DNA from: Dudresnaya verticillata
Taxonomy: Eukaryota
Assembly: GCA_977862235.1 (NCBI GenBank)
Contig: OZ374563.1
Location: 310,001-374,000, forward strand
Reading direction: 5' to 3'
Length of the DNA stretch: 64,000 nucleotides
This document shows, one piece after another, positions 1-13,699 of the stretch. The notes beneath the pieces are model-generated. The model was not told the origin of the DNA. It saw nothing but the letters and a program-made list of their open reading frames with translations, and searched no databases. Each line of letters begins with the position of its first letter. Position 1 is the first letter of the stretch. A program made the position numbers and the translations under genes.

Positions 1-504
1 TCTGATCTGTAGGTTGAATGAGTTCGCGAAAGGAAGCTGGGGCGCTTAAAAGGTCGATTAATCCTTGGTACAAACGTTTGATGCAAACGATTATCAAACG
101 ATGTATGCAACCCTATGGCTCATCGCTCGGGTACAGTACGCCCTGTGCAAAATTTTGCAGCTGCACTACTCATTCAGGTGGAAGGCGCTAGGTGCAACGT
201 ATTGCATGAGATGTAATCGACCCCCTGCATTGTAGAGAGGGCAGGGTATACCCAGATTTTCCTATCTTCAGCACGGACCACGCCCTGCAAATGCGATCAC
301 TGACGGCTGGCTTCGTCTCTCAACTACCTCGGTACCAGGTGTCATCATACTGGCAATCAACCGCCGCCAGCTCGCCTTTTGCTTGCAGTCAGCGCTAAAT
401 GAAACACGGTAATGCCCCTCTATGAAGAGAAGTAAAGCTTCCCATTCGTTCCATTTGTGGCCACTTCAGTTTGACCACTCATTGTGTATAGGTCTCCGCG
501 AGCC

Positions 505-966
505 CATCCTTGCTCACCCGGGCGCGTCCGTGCCGTAGAAGACTCAGCTTCTTGGGCTAAATTCTAAGCTTCTCTGCAGCTCTCAGATCTCCTTGCTTTT
601 CGCAGCATTCCTGAACAGCTGCTCTGCTCGCAGGGCGTCTGCTGGAATATTTCCAGCTCCTTCTTCCAGGAGGATGCCCAAGTAGAACCAGGCTTCCGCG
701 CGTCCGCTCTACGTTGCACACTCAAAGAACTCCTTAGCACGCTGTGGGTCTTTCGGAACCCCCTTGCATCCATTGTCATACGTCAGCGCCAAGTTGACCA
801 GAGCATCACCATAACCGCTTTCGATCGCGCCCTTGTAGAGCCGCACAGCACGCGGGATGTCCCTGCCTAATCCTGGCACATTGTGGAGAAGCTGGCCTGC
901 GAGATTGTTTCTCTCACACAGGTCGCCATTCTCAATGGCGCCCTCGTAGATTTTGGATGACGCGGG
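505..966 (-). pseudogene. 5'-truncated SEL1-repeat protein pseudogene (paralog of 18413..19411)
   Basis: Translation YEGAIENGDLCERNNLAGQLLHNVPGLGRDIPRAVRLY...GVPKDPQRA matches the C-terminal half of the intact SEL1 gene. CAG has become a TAG stop at 709-711 and the 5' half is missing. The 3' flank (~200-500) also resembles 19420-19720 inverted. Ends are approximate. Confidence 0.8.
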
Positions 967-1692
967 AAACATTCCCTTCCACAACGACACTGTACCATGC
1001 AGGGCACAGGCACCTCCGCGTTAAACATCCGTGATTTGTTTGTTTATCATTTTTACGTTTGGCAGCGTTGGCTTCGAATTCTCGTGGAACACGTAATTTG
1101 GTGGTACCGTAGAACATTTGTCGCCGGGGTATTCAACACTAACAAGATGGTGTTGAATACCCCAGCTGAGCATAAGTTCGTCTCATGTCGTGCACGTCGG
1201 TTTAATTTAAATGTTTGTCGTCTCAGTCGCTGAAGTTGTACCCTGCGGGAAAGCCCCTATCAGACTCTAAATAATGTTGCATAGCTGCCATGCTGTAGCA
1301 GCGTGGTTCTATTGAGCGGTTGGAGAGCGGCGTTCTGCAGCAGATCAATCCTTGTCACGATGATGTCGAATGAAGATTTGCCTGGAATGGAGATGACATG
1401 TTTTTTGAACGCGGCGTGCAACAGCAATCCATTCCGGTGACGGGGCCCCATTGTGAAGAATTGGAACTCGAGACAGAAGAACAACAAGGAAGCCACATGA
1501 TCATCACCCATCATACCGAGACCACTGCATCGTTGCCAGTTCGTCCTCGGGCACTTCCTCTCCGCTTTAAACCATCCATGGATATTCGAGCAGACCCTAC
1601 GCTATTCCTAGTCCTACCCCGCACCCGCCGAACCCGAGCCCTTCCCTGCAGCGCAACTGCTCACTTCATTCCCCCGGAAGCTGTCATCCAAC

Positions 1693-3147
1693 ATGCCTTG
1701 CCCTCACTCCTTCACCACGCTCTTCCATCAAACATCCTTCGCCTCCGACGGACCGACCGTGCAGCAAGCGCGCGAGGAGAAGAGCGTGCACGACACACGG
1801 ATGTCGTTAGCACAAGCCCAGCAAATGCAACAGTCTACGATGCAGATGGCTGCCAGCATGCAGGGCGGCATCCCGCTGATTGCCCCGCCGGTCGAGATGC
1901 CGACATTCTCACCGGCCGTTGTGCGGAAGCCCACTGACGCCTCAATGCGCCTCTCCAAGATCAAACCACTGCTGCGCGAGTACGGCTCATACACATGCCC
2001 CCATGAAGAGGTCCTCGATGCGCTCTTGCATTTCCTGGGCGACGCCGTATTTGAACATGACACACGTCCAGCTGATGCCTTCGCCTTTGCCACGGTCACT
2101 GGCACACTGTTTTATTTTGCTGAGCTTTCTGGACTAGCTGAAAGTGCACCATCAGACGCTAGGAAGAAGGCAAAGGTAGCATCGGATATAATCGCTCAAC
2201 TCACGGATGAGGCGGAGGAGAAAGTTAAGCAGAAGCTGCAGCAAAGCAATATATTCCCTCGCTTTTCATTCTTGTACAAATATCTTGTCAACTGCCGGGA
2301 TCTATCCAGCACTGTCTTCACGGACGCTATTTGGACTTTTGGCTTGGTGACTATACTCCAAGCCTTGGATGCGAAATTGGACCACTTGAACACGTTGTGT
2401 AAATCCGTGGTTGGTGACTTTGTAGCTTTCTCTCGGGCTGTGAACGAATTGACCGAGGAATTGGAAAGCCCATACCTCACCCATACAGGGCACCTATATG
2501 AGTCTGGCAGTCTTTACAAAATAGTGGGTTTCTCTCAACAGGGAATAATGGTGACCGTTGTACAAGAGGGTGTGAAAGAGCCAGCAGAAAAACTGGAGAC
2601 CTTCTGCGGCCATTTAAAGGTCGTCAAAAGGCTCAATATTAAAAGCGCAAAAGAAAAATGTGCTGGATGCTGCCTACGCATCGAGGGTAAGGGGGAGAGG
2701 CTATTTTGTTTCACTAACCCTTTGATATCCTGCGACTCTGCAAGCGCGAAGGACTTTTCGATTCAACAAGATGGCATGGTGACGTTCACAGCTGAGAGCT
2801 TCTTGGTCGATAGGCAGACAAGTAAGGTTTTGAGGGCTGGGAGGTCTAGGCATACGGCAGAAGTTTTCGAAATGCATTCTTTGTACGGGTTTGACCTCAA
2901 GAAGTGCAGCAGTGTTTCTTTTCTGGTTGAATCCGTCGAGAAGCCGCTTATCACAAGTGTGGAGTCGAAGGGTGTCGTAGTTCGGAGCATGATCGAGAGA
3001 ATGGATGAGTACGATGCAGACGATCAAGGTCGCATTGTGTCGGTCACATATGGGTCAGTCACTAAAAGGGCCAAAATCCGCTTTGGTTCTCTTTCTTGGG
3101 AAGACACCGGATGCGATGGATTTACTTTGGGCGATATTGTATGCTGA
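1693..3147 (+). CDS. Hypothetical protein, 484 aa (alternative start at ATG 1801); no domain recognised
   Basis: Long uninterrupted ORF with protein-like composition: Q/M-rich N-terminus, helical-looking middle, beta-rich-looking C-terminus. Confidence 0.7.
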   Translation: MPCPHSFTTLFHQTSFASDGPTVQQAREEKSVHDTRMSLAQAQQMQQSTMQMAASMQGGIPLIAPPVEMPTFSPAVVRKPTDASMRLSKIKPLLREYGSYTCPHEEVLDALLHFLGDAVFEHDTRPADAFAFATVTGTLFYFAELSGLAESAPSDARKKAKVASDIIAQLTDEAEEKVKQKLQQSNIFPRFSFLYKYLVNCRDLSSTVFTDAIWTFGLVTILQALDAKLDHLNTLCKSVVGDFVAFSRAVNELTEELESPYLTHTGHLYESGSLYKIVGFSQQGIMVTVVQEGVKEPAEKLETFCGHLKVVKRLNIKSAKEKCAGCCLRIEGKGERLFCFTNPLISCDSASAKDFSIQQDGMVTFTAESFLVDRQTSKVLRAGRSRHTAEVFEMHSLYGFDLKKCSSVSFLVESVEKPLITSVESKGVVVRSMIERMDEYDADDQGRIVSVTYGSVTKRAKIRFGSLSWEDTGCDGFTLGDIVC

Positions 3148-3651
3148 CAGATCCATGACGGTGTTACAGATGGAACTTTATATCGTGTACGACAAAAACT
3201 AGAATCAACATTTGTTCAGTTAGCAGGGCGTTTCCCAGTTTCAAGTAGACCACACACTAAACAATGAAATGCATAATACGAGTCAGGCTTTCCTGCCCAA
3301 TGTTGCGGCCCTTCTCAGGCATTCATACGGTAGTTAGCCTGGTACGACATGTTTCAGGGTTAGGAGACCTCACTTCAACTGCAGTAACGAAAAAGTTCAA
3401 CTGGTATGATGATGAAGAGCTTGCGAATCGAGTGATATCGGAGTGGGAAATAGCGGGAAGCTCAACAGAATGACAGATAAAGGTCGCTCAGCGAGAATCC
3501 AGGGCACACTCCTATGTAAACAGGCTGGTGAAAACGCCCTTCTCCTAAATGTCCTAGATAGAGAGAGTTTGTGGATTTTACGAAAAGAGAGTTTGTAGAG
3601 TTTTACTGGGACCCTGTAAACGGGGAGCAAGGCTAATTCCTTGGATCGCAT

Positions 3652-3654
<3 letters not shown>

Positions 3655-3691
<37 letters not shown>

Positions 3692-3700
3692 AGAGAGAGA
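3655..3700. repeat. (GA)n microsatellite
   Basis: Directly visible run of GA dinucleotides with one interruption. Confidence 0.95.
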
Positions 3701-4429
3701 TTCTGTATTCGTTAGTAGAGTTTACTGAGACAGTTTCCAAGGTGGTAGGCTGCTTTCTTTAATCTAATTTTGGGTGGAGTCAAGATGGGCGTAGAGAAGT
3801 TCGCGTTTCATGGAATAATGCATTATAGTTGCAGGGATTCTATCCAGCCACGGTGGCGAGCAGGCAGCGTGGCTGGATAGAAAGAGAGGGAATTTGTCGA
3901 TTTTACGGAGATCTTATCTGTGGAGGTCAGAGGAGAGATGTGAGGAGAGATGGGGTAGAGAGTTTGTTAAGTTTATTGAGATCCGGAAGATGGAGGGTAG
4001 CAACTTTTTGTGGGTTGGGATGGGGTATTGCAAGGGAATTGATCTAGCTGTGATGATTTCTCTTTTCATAACATACTGTGGTATTATGAAATGACATCAT
4101 CATCATCACCATCAACTTTATTGAAGTAATACGGTTAATGACTGTGCCATCGGATCCCGCTGCGTCTGCAGGCCGCTAAGCTGCCACTTCTTATGCATTA
4201 GTGTGATTTATTTCTTTCTTTATGATATATGATCTATAGTTTATGATTTATTAAATTGACGATTGGCCGTTCTATGACGTTTCTGCTATTCTTGCAAAAG
4301 CTGGTAAAAGGTGAACTGAAAGTGAAACTTTTCGGACATCTGCAGTCTGAGCCAGAGCTGTAGAGGGAGGTTGCGCAGTAACGTGCCCATGACGCGAGAC
4401 TAAGAGCGGGTTTCGCATGGACTTTACGG

Positions 4430-5400
4430 CTTAAAACACTTCGTGCTCTGTTAGCGCTACAGCGCTCATGGATATAAGCTGTTTATCTCTTCTTGGGATT
4501 CTTCTGCATTTAAAATAGCACTCTCTGCCGGCATGGTGCTCAAAGGGAGCTTGTGAGAAACGTGACATGAGCACTTGTGCAAAGATCAATAACAGCGTTG
4601 AGTATAGTTTCCTTGCTTTGGTAGATCTTACCAGCTGCGTCACCCGTGAACTGGTAAAGGTTGAAAAGTCCCAGCCTGATTTGGTGGTCTATCTTCTTCA
4701 TGATACCAACTCTGGGGCTCGTCCTTTCAGAATATTCTGTCCTCTGCATGATAGACGTTTTACGCTTTCAGCTGCTATTAAGCAGGGGTGCGCTAATGAT
4801 CGAATTCGAAACATCGAAGCACCTCAAATATTCAGCCTTAACGAGAGCGACGCAGTTGGAGGGAGTTGTTGGGCGATACATCATTCATCACGATGGACGC
4901 GGGGACGCTTTTGCCGCCGCAAGACCTAGAGTAGTGCTGAAGAAGCGGTTCTAGAGATCAGCAGCCATTATCAAGAGAGTAGGCGAGCGACGGATTAGCA
5001 AGTGTAGAGATGAATCTGATATCTGAAAAATTAGCATGCAATCACCATTCACAACTTCTTCCAGACTACGTCTATCAGGACCTAACGTTCACTCCGAATG
5101 ATGATTATGAAACTGCGTTGAGTCAGCCTTTTTTTAAGACGGTTCTCTGTCGAACATGCACGTCGCCCCATTGCTTTTCTGAGATAGAGATTGTCCGGAA
5201 AGGAATTCTCTCTTCGTGTAGCTTGGTTCAGCAGAAGGATAACTATTAATCCTCAATTTTCGATCCGGTAGACAGCATACCAGCATTCTTGTTGCAAAAG
5301 TCCCCGATTACAGCAGCATTGAACATGGCGGCAGAAAAAGCTGTTAATTCTCCGTGTGCTTTCCTATGAGCCATCGCCTCTCGCACAAGACCACGTTAAT
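4430..5400 (+). mobile_element. Possible highly degenerate 3' relic of a non-LTR retrotransposon
   Basis: Broken reading frames containing a CxxC..H-like segment (CRTCTSPH) of the kind found at LINE ORF2 C-termini. Weak evidence. Confidence 0.25.
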
Positions 5401-6639
5401 CAAACATTAAAATCAAACATCGCATATCCTTTAATGCTCACAAAGTGCATCTTCGAAGGGTGCTGCCCAAAATAAGCACACCCTTTCGGCATCGATTCAG
5501 ATATCGGTTTTTACCCCGTAGACTGCAGGGAAGGTGGCTCTCTTTCCCTCTCTCTCGTCGGCTGACCTCGACACATAGGAACTCCGTATAATCTACAAAC
5601 TCTCTCGTTTGTGAGTAATTTTCGGGCAGCCCTATCAGCTAATTAACTAACACAGGCTGCATGAAAATTACGGCATAGCCCTTGTCCTGTTGATACAATA
5701 CATTAATTAGCAGGCACACCAGCCCTGAGGGCCAAGTGGCGTTACTTTTGGTATCGTTACAGAGCACACAGAAGGGGGTGTCACTGGGGCGGGGAGTGGG
5801 AGGAGGGGGGCGAAGGGGACCAGGGGGCGGGAAAGCAGTCGCGCAGAGATCGCGAATGGCATGGATCGTGGTAGAGATAGCAGCAATATCAAAAGTGGTC
5901 GGGTTGGCCATTGACAATTTGCGCAGGGCCGATGAGTGCGAGCGGAGGGTCACGCGGTGTGATAGGCATTACGGTGGGGTAGGGAAGGTGCAACGGTGCC
6001 AACGGATGGCAAGGAGCCGATCGTGGTAGTCAGGGAGGAGTAGCGCAGGGGGAAGGGCGTTTGGGCGTGGCACAGGTGCAGGGCGGCAACCGCAACCGCA
6101 ACCGCAACTTTCCACTCCTTACAGTTGTCCGCAACTGCTTCAGCTTGGGAGAGCGGGTGTTGCAAGATACGTTGAAGGGAAGGGGAAGGGACTTTGGGAA
6201 GGCCCTGTGGTGTCTTCTGGGCCTCCCAACATGCATGGGAGCCGCGTGTCCTTGCCAGCCGATGCAGAGATGTGACGACTTTGTTCTGTAGTGCCCGCTG
6301 CCGCAGTGTCGGGCTTGTCACAGGCTTTCCATCTGGAAAAGGGCGCGGAGCTTACGCAGGCGCTTTCGAGGCATCCGGGGCGACCGCTGTGGGATGATCA
6401 CGGGGAAGATGTAAGCGTCCAATGCATCGATAGCTCGCAGGACTTCTCCAGTGTAGGCCACAAGCGCGCTTCCATGTTCAGAGAGGGCGGATGAATTACT
6501 TGTGTGATACATGAATGTTACAGCTTTCGGTGGCATCTTCGCAGACAGGAATCCTATGAGTGTGAGGTAGTGCAGGACGTTCCTAGCGGGAGTGAGATGT
6601 GAGATGATTGTAGACCCTTCAGCCCCAGCGGGAGAAATA

Positions 6640-7400
6640 TGCACACTGAGATATCTCGTTGTGGATCGATGTCGGAGGGTTTACCCTACGAGTCGAAAAA
6701 TTGTCGAGCTTGTGCAGTACGTCCGCGATGACGACTTGGTAAGATCACAGCACATTTTCGGATAGACCAGGTCATTCCGGTGTGTTCAGCCCAGTCTTGG
6801 CAAATTTGGAGGGCAGTATAGTACGGAGAGCATGAGACGAGTTGACCTGTAATATGCAGTCATCAGCGAATAGTCGGCCGGGTGGGGAATCTTCAGTACG
6901 ACCAAGTTTCTCGAACAGTGAGTATGCGAGGGAGTCGATAAACAAGTTGAATAGTATTGGTCGTAGGGGGAACCCTGGTTGTGAAGTAAAACGCAAATTA
7001 CTGGATGCACTTGCGAGGGCAGAGAGCAGGCGCGCAGGCGCTTAACAAGTCTCTCGCACACAGACACGTTGAAAAGCACAGGTGGTCGGCCCCATTCTGC
7101 AATGGAGAAAGCTGCTCCTCCGAAGGGTAAGCCAAGGAGTGTCCAACGCGATATTTTCACTTGCCACGGGCTGTACCCAGGTTTAGGGAGTTTTCGGAAC
7201 ATGTCCATTAGAGACCTGAATAGGTGAGGTGCCAGAACACTTGCTCTGCATACGGCTACACTCACTTGAGTGAGCACAGCCGCTTGAAGGGGCAGCGAAT
7301 TCCAATACTGGGTTTTGCTCTAGTCCATTAGCTGTTTGACTTCCAGATTATTGCAAAGTCCATCGTCTTTCCGTATTCGGCTTTAACCTGGGAGCTGTTC
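6640..7400 (-). mobile_element. Degenerate non-LTR (LINE-like) reverse transcriptase relic
   Basis: QPGFPLRPILFNLFIDSL resembles the QGxPLSPxLFN motif and LFADDC resembles the (Y/F)ADD catalytic motif; a downstream RYLSV resembles KYLG. Frameshifts and stops are present. Confidence 0.7.
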
Positions 7401-9034
7401 AGGAGCACAATGTGCCCATAAAACAACGCTCTATAGCGGCTAGCTAATAATCATATTATATTACCTCAATGAATCTCTGCTTTGCAATTATACGGTATTG
7501 CTTCTGGCCTATTGAGCGGTTGTAAATGCAAAGTATCGCTCTCCTAAACGTCGGAGGCTGTCCTCCTCATTATTGGGATCTATGTCTGTTGTAAAGAGCC
7601 TACATGGTTTGATGCATTTATCGGCTGCAGAAGATCACGCGCCCCGCTGTTTCGCTGCTTACTCTTCTCAAAAACAACACATGCAGTTATAATAGACAGA
7701 AGGCAGAACACGCAAAGGAGTGAAGTGACTTACATGACTTAGATCAATAATCGAAAACTGTTATTGGGAAAGAAGGAACACAATTGATTTGACTTGATCC
7801 AAGAGACTGGCGGAGAGTCCATCTCCTTGCTCGGCAGCTCGAAAGGCAACGTCATACCAGCTAGATCGCATTCTCATCCTAGGGAAAATGCCCATGAACA
7901 GAACTACAGTATCCGGGCTTAGGTATCCTGGAGTGTCCGCAGATGTCAAGCTTTCTAGGCTCTGTCTAAGAAAGACGGAGTTGTTCAAGCCGCCAACCAA
8001 ACTGAAGCGAAAAAACGAGAAAATTCCAAGGGCCTCTAGTGTGGAACCTTCAATCTCGGTGGCACAAGTTTATGGACATATCAGCACCGCAGTACAACGT
8101 TTGATATCACAAGCTTGTTGCATGGTTTACTCTGTCTCTGGGCAGAGACATCAGGGCCGATCTGCGCGATAAAAGGGTACATGAGGCGGAGCCGAACTTA
8201 CACATTTATATATCCCTTGTGGGGAATTTTAGAATACCGATACCTCCCTACAATCGTTTCTGCCACAAACAAGACGGAAACGAGTGCGAAGGCCTCAAGA
8301 GAAAAACAAACGTTTCTGGCCACGATTGAGTGCTTTTGGCCAATGATTTGATGCGCCGTGTCGCGCTGGGAAAGGATGCTGCCCCCTCCGCAGAATCGTC
8401 GCGGGAGTCTGCTGTGTTTGTCCATGGTGCAATTTGTTGTAAAGTCTATTGCAATGGTGTGTAGGGACGGCCTCTGCGCAGCCTCAAGTACAGTAGCAAT
8501 GATATCTTCTGTCGGAGTCATACACTGTATCTAAATTGTCGTGACCACGAAGGGCGATCTATTTGCTACGAGTCAATACGTCGAGGTTATTCTCTGTATG
8601 TGGTGCATTCATTAGTCATATTATTATTCATTGTACCCGCACACGCTGAACTTGGAATGAGTTTTCGTACTGCTCGTTGTGAAGTGGCATTGGACCGAGG
8701 GCCATATATTTATTTGGTCCGGGGTGCGGCCGACGGTCTGTAAAATGGCCCGAGTGCCAATGGAGCGCGCACGGTCAGTGTGATAACGCTCATTCCAACA
8801 GAGCAAACTCGAGAGTGATCAGTCATGTGGCTCAACACACACTCGCCCAGAAAATGGCGCAGGCAATAAATCGGAGGTCGAATTTAGCTGCGGACAAAAC
8901 GAGATTGACCAATCAAAGGGCTGGCGACGAAGGTGCTGTACAGTTGTAACTGAGCCGTTGGCACTCCTGGCGCCATAGTGCAATACTGTACTGTATTGTA
9001 CTGTACTGTACAGGTACATACTGTACATGGCCGC

Positions 9035-11722
9035 GTAATCCTCTCGCAGAAGGAATCACTTCTTTCAAGTTCTGGGAAGCACTCCCCATAAGCCCTCCCC
9101 CAGCGTGAAAACATATAAAAGCCCACCACTATCATCCAAGTCTTGATGTGCAACACCAACTGCCACACGGATTGCTCAAGGTGCTCTCTGGCTTTCTAGA
9201 AGGTTTGCAACGTTTCATTCTATCGAGCACGAAATTTCCTTGATATGGCGACCACTGAATTGTTAGGAGCGACACCTGTTGCTGCGGAAGTCCCGCTTAT
9301 TGGAAAAGAATCAACTGATAAGGCTGGATGGCGTCAAACATTCAAGTACTTCGACAGAAATGGGGATGGAACAATAAGCGCGGAAGAACTGAAAAACGCT
9401 CTTTACACTCTAGGTCAAGAAAGAAGTGAAGAGGAAATCGAGAAGATGCTCGTCGGCGTTGGCACTGATTGTGACAATGGCCTTGATTTCACGGCTTTTT
9501 CAAGCTACTCCAGGAAGGCTGTAACTCCGTTAATGAAATCACTCGGACAGAACTCATCCAGATGTACACGACTATCGACATAGATTGTAGTGGATATCTG
9601 ACTGCAGCAGAACTGAAGCAGTTCATGGCCAACATGAACATCGACATGGAAGACAGTGAGATGACGGAGATGATCAGCATGTATGACCTAGACGGAAATG
9701 GTCAAATGACTGCTGCGGAATTTGAGTGCATTCTGACCTCTTTTGGGTATACCGTTGTAGAAGATATTCCGGAGGAAGAAATCAGAGCAGTGCAGCCGTC
9801 GAGTCCGAGTGAGAGAAAGATGCCTCCCACTGGGAAGTGTATCAGGCTAGACACCTTGTCCGGAGATGCGAGGGATGTTCTCAGCCTCTTCGACTATACT
9901 GACTCGGGAGAAGTATACGTCGACGACCTAAAGAATGCAGCTGATGTCATGCGAATGAGCCTCATGACGAAAGCAAAACAGAACGCTGACCTGGATCCTG
10001 CCCTGCACTGGGACGAAAATCGCGAAAAGAGAGGTTTGGGTAAGTACATTTACAAAGCCAACCACATTGCTATTATTGTCAGTGATGTTGGACGGAGCGC
10101 CCAGTTCTATGCCAATATTATAGGCCTGCAACAGATCCGTCGCCCAGACTTCGATAAGCACGGGGCCTGGTTCACTATGGGTAATGTTGAGTTGCATCTG
10201 ATTAAGGGTGTTCCAATCGTTCACACCGGGGACGACTTGATTGTGAACCACATTAGTCTGGAAACATATGATATAGACAAGGTGCCACACATGCTGAGAG
10301 AGCTTGGAATTCCATTCCGGCAAAACGTTTCGGTTCCAAAGGGAGGTCGCGATGGCGGACAAGGCACGAACGATAGTAACAATGACGACAAGATCATACG
10401 GCAGTACTTTTTCCGTGATCCTGATGGCTACTATCTCGAGGTGTGTAACTGCATGCTACTCACAGACTTCTGCCTCGGAAAGGATAATCAACTTCAGGGA
10501 TACCAAGAAGGCGTCGAACCGCTTTCACTTGGAAAAGCCGTAGTTGCAGTGAACCTGATGCAAAAGTGGAGCGGCAAGGCCCAGTCTGGTGTCAAAAATC
10601 GGCAGAAGATCTTGGAAGAAGTCGCCAAGACCGACGGATGTTCCGAAAGTATCGCACGCATTCTTGGATGTGAGAAGGCAGAAGCTGTTGACGAAAATGT
10701 TCTCAAAAACTTAATCATAAGGAGGTCCGTTTACGGAGACATATGCCAAAATGAGACTGAGGAGAGCGTGAAAGAAATATTGCTGCTAAGTGGCAATAGT
10801 GCAGACTTGGCTTGCAAAGTGATGCACATGAAAGCGCTACACGCCGGGAAGCGTATTTTCCAGCCCCCATCATTCTATGAGGAAGGTGAAAACCTCGTTA
10901 AGCCGCCTCCAATTATTGTTAAGACAAACTAGTAAGTTCTGTTAGAGCCGTGCCCATGCCCTGGCTTCATGTAGTACAAAAGAGAGCGCTGAAGATATTA
11001 GCATTCTGTCGCATATTGCAGCTGAAACGTTAACAACCATGCAGTAATTCTTCCAACACCATAGCTGCATTGAATCGACTACACATTTTCTAGATAAAGT
11101 GCACTCTCTCATGAATCCTATATGAGGCCTCCATCTCATGAATCGTCCCAAACGGGAATGTACGGTATTAATAACTTGAACATTAACGAGATTCTGAAGT
11201 ATTCCACATTGTTAATGGGGGGTTCATTTCATGGAGAACAGAATGTGCTCTTTCATTCTTTTTGAATAAAGACGGGGACGATTACAACAGTACAGTCCCT
11301 TGCCTTAGTCAAGCGGTAAATTAGATTACATGGCATACACTGTCTGGAGCGAAGAAATTACATTACATGTACAAGTTGTTGTATATCTGGAGCGAAGAAT
11401 AGCAACAAGCAGCTTTCACTAGTCGACCGCTGCTCTTGCAAATTGGAGAAGGAGCGAAGTAGAGCCATAAATGTTTTTGGAGAGAACAGGAACTTTTACC
11501 GACGTAGCTGAAATTCATACATCTATATTCCAGATTATTATTCGAATACATTTAAGCCCCTTCAAGAGCAATTATTTCCGCAAGTCATTGAATATGTTAT
11601 GTGGGGTTAGGGCTTGCTTCGTGAGGCTAGATTTATTGTCGCTCGGTTTTGACATAATCACTACGTGGCAAGGTCAGCGAGGTTCCTTTCCGTTCACATA
11701 CATATCAAGCTATTATGACATA
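9035..11722 (+). repeat. Left arm of a ~2.7-kb inverted duplication (partner ~19785..22473)
   Basis: Promoter, CDS and 3' flank match the reverse complement of the partner region. Ends are approximate. Confidence 0.9.
9245..10932 (+). pseudogene. EF-hand (calmodulin-like) + VOC/glyoxalase-like fusion gene, copy 1, split by a 1-bp frameshift near 9497-9501
   Basis: 1688 bp versus 1689 bp for the intact inverted copy; GCTTTTTCAAGCTA here versus GCTTTTGTAAAGCTA there. ORFs 9245..9583 and 9562..10932 together give the full protein. Could be a homopolymer sequencing error. Confidence 0.75.
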
Positions 11723-13699
11723 AATTAGAGATAATCCATCTATCAATGCAATACAATTGATTGATAATAGGACGTTAGAAAGCGCTGTGAACAGGTTCCC
11801 GTTGTGTACTGTACGCAGCTGTGTTTCTCCATTCATACTGAGAGCATCCCTCACATCTCCGGACACTATAAGAGATTGGAAGGCCCAGTGGTAGAAATAT
11901 GCTCTACCTTAATCAGCAGGCCTTGCCCGCGTACTTGTAGATGCATTCCTTCTCACGAAAACGAACAGCATGCTGGATTGTGTTGTTCAGCACAAGAACT
12001 GCTCTACAAGCCAGCTACTTTCCCTTTTGCGTACCATACAACTGCTAGCATAGTGAATACAGCGATATATGCAGTAGTTGCATAATAGTGACTACTTGGG
12101 GATCGCTATGCGGCGTCCCGAGAGGTCATGGATCAGAGACGGCGAAAACTAGCTCGCGACGGCAATTTACAGACAACGCCTGGCATTTCCATAAGCAAGC
12201 CTTCATCTTCGCGATCAGACGTTGGGTTTCCGCTCCTGGGCATGAGCCCTTCTGCCTGGCAGCGTATAAGCCCAATGTGCGAAAACATCGGCGTGCACCA
12301 GGTCCCAGGTATGAATATGCGTCCATACCGACTAGGATGAGCTCCAGTACAGACAAGGTGTCTGTTGTATTTATTCCGTCACATACATCAAGAGAACCGT
12401 CGCGTGAGTCTGTTTTGTTTGTCTGTCAAAGCAATTTGTTGCAAGGTCTTTTGGCATGGTGTGGGGATGGGCACAAGCAGCAACGATCCAATCCAATGTG
12501 TTAGAGCCACGGATATGGATAATACCTGCACACGCTGAACTCGTTGAAAGGAAAATAGATACAAGCTCTTGATAGCATTTGTGGACAGCTGATTACCATT
12601 CGTTAGTTTCACCACTGGTTTCCCGCATTCTCCAGCTCACCGCCCTCGCAATGAATCGTAGAGGTCCAGTTTGTCCAGGCCTTCCAATAGTCATCAGCGG
12701 CTAAGTCATGAGGGGTTTCCGCTGTTCGTCTTACATAAATAAAGTTGTGATGATAATGATGTCGACAGCCGTCCATCAAAAACTATCCGTACCGTATTGC
12801 ACGGTAGGAAAGCTAGTCTTGAAATGATAACAAACAACGAACGTCTAAATAATGTGGTTTCAACAGCCGCAACAGCTGCCGAAGCCGTTCCAAGCATTCC
12901 CCTGTGTGTATTACAACAATCCACATCCCACTGGCAACAAAAGCATGAAGACCAAAAGTCTATTGAATCACTTCCCAGGACAAACTAACCCTCTGGCAAC
13001 ACTCTGCCGTTCAACAGTGCGTTATTCGTGACCTCTAGGGCAGGCTTTATAAAGCCTTTTATGCAACACCATCTGCATTTATCGGCAGCTAGTAGCAGGA
13101 GGGATGCGTCTACTGTATTGTTCGAAGAGCCGGATGCCAGGGTCCGGCAGCCAGGCAGCAGGGTATGTATTGTTGTGTGGTGCACGTGCACCGAGGGTCA
13201 CGTACATAATTGTTGCGGCAAGCGGCGGTCACCACGCTTGGCGACTCAACAGTGAGGAAGAGAACTCAGCACCTTCTTGAAGAGACCATTTTCGTACAAA
13301 AATCTCTCTCCGACCGAGCACAAACGATTTCTAATGGGATCACAAATCGATACCTTGTCCCTTCATACAACCACATTGCTGCCTTCGAAGATGAAAGGTG
13401 GCACCTGTGTAAATAAGTGTCACCACCCGCCGGTGGAAGTATGCAGGTCTCTTTTCAACCCCAGTCCTTACAACGTGGCACCTCCGCACGAGCTGATCCA
13501 GACACCCCGCGCTCCAGCGGCAGTCTCCACGCGGGAAGCCCAGGCTCAACATATCCAGTCGCGTACATAAGCGGAAGTGCGCATCACCCACGATCCTTGA
13601 CACCTAGACGAATTGCGGCCAGCACACACCTCACAAAGCTCGACCGTCTTATTGCGTGCGCTTACCCCCGTATCCCCCAGTTCAAGTCAACCTGCCAAC

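Noticed and set aside
5639..6500. GC-rich stretch with overlapping short minus-strand ORFs, possibly a decayed gene
   Set aside because: No continuous frame or recognisable motif; a product cannot be supported.
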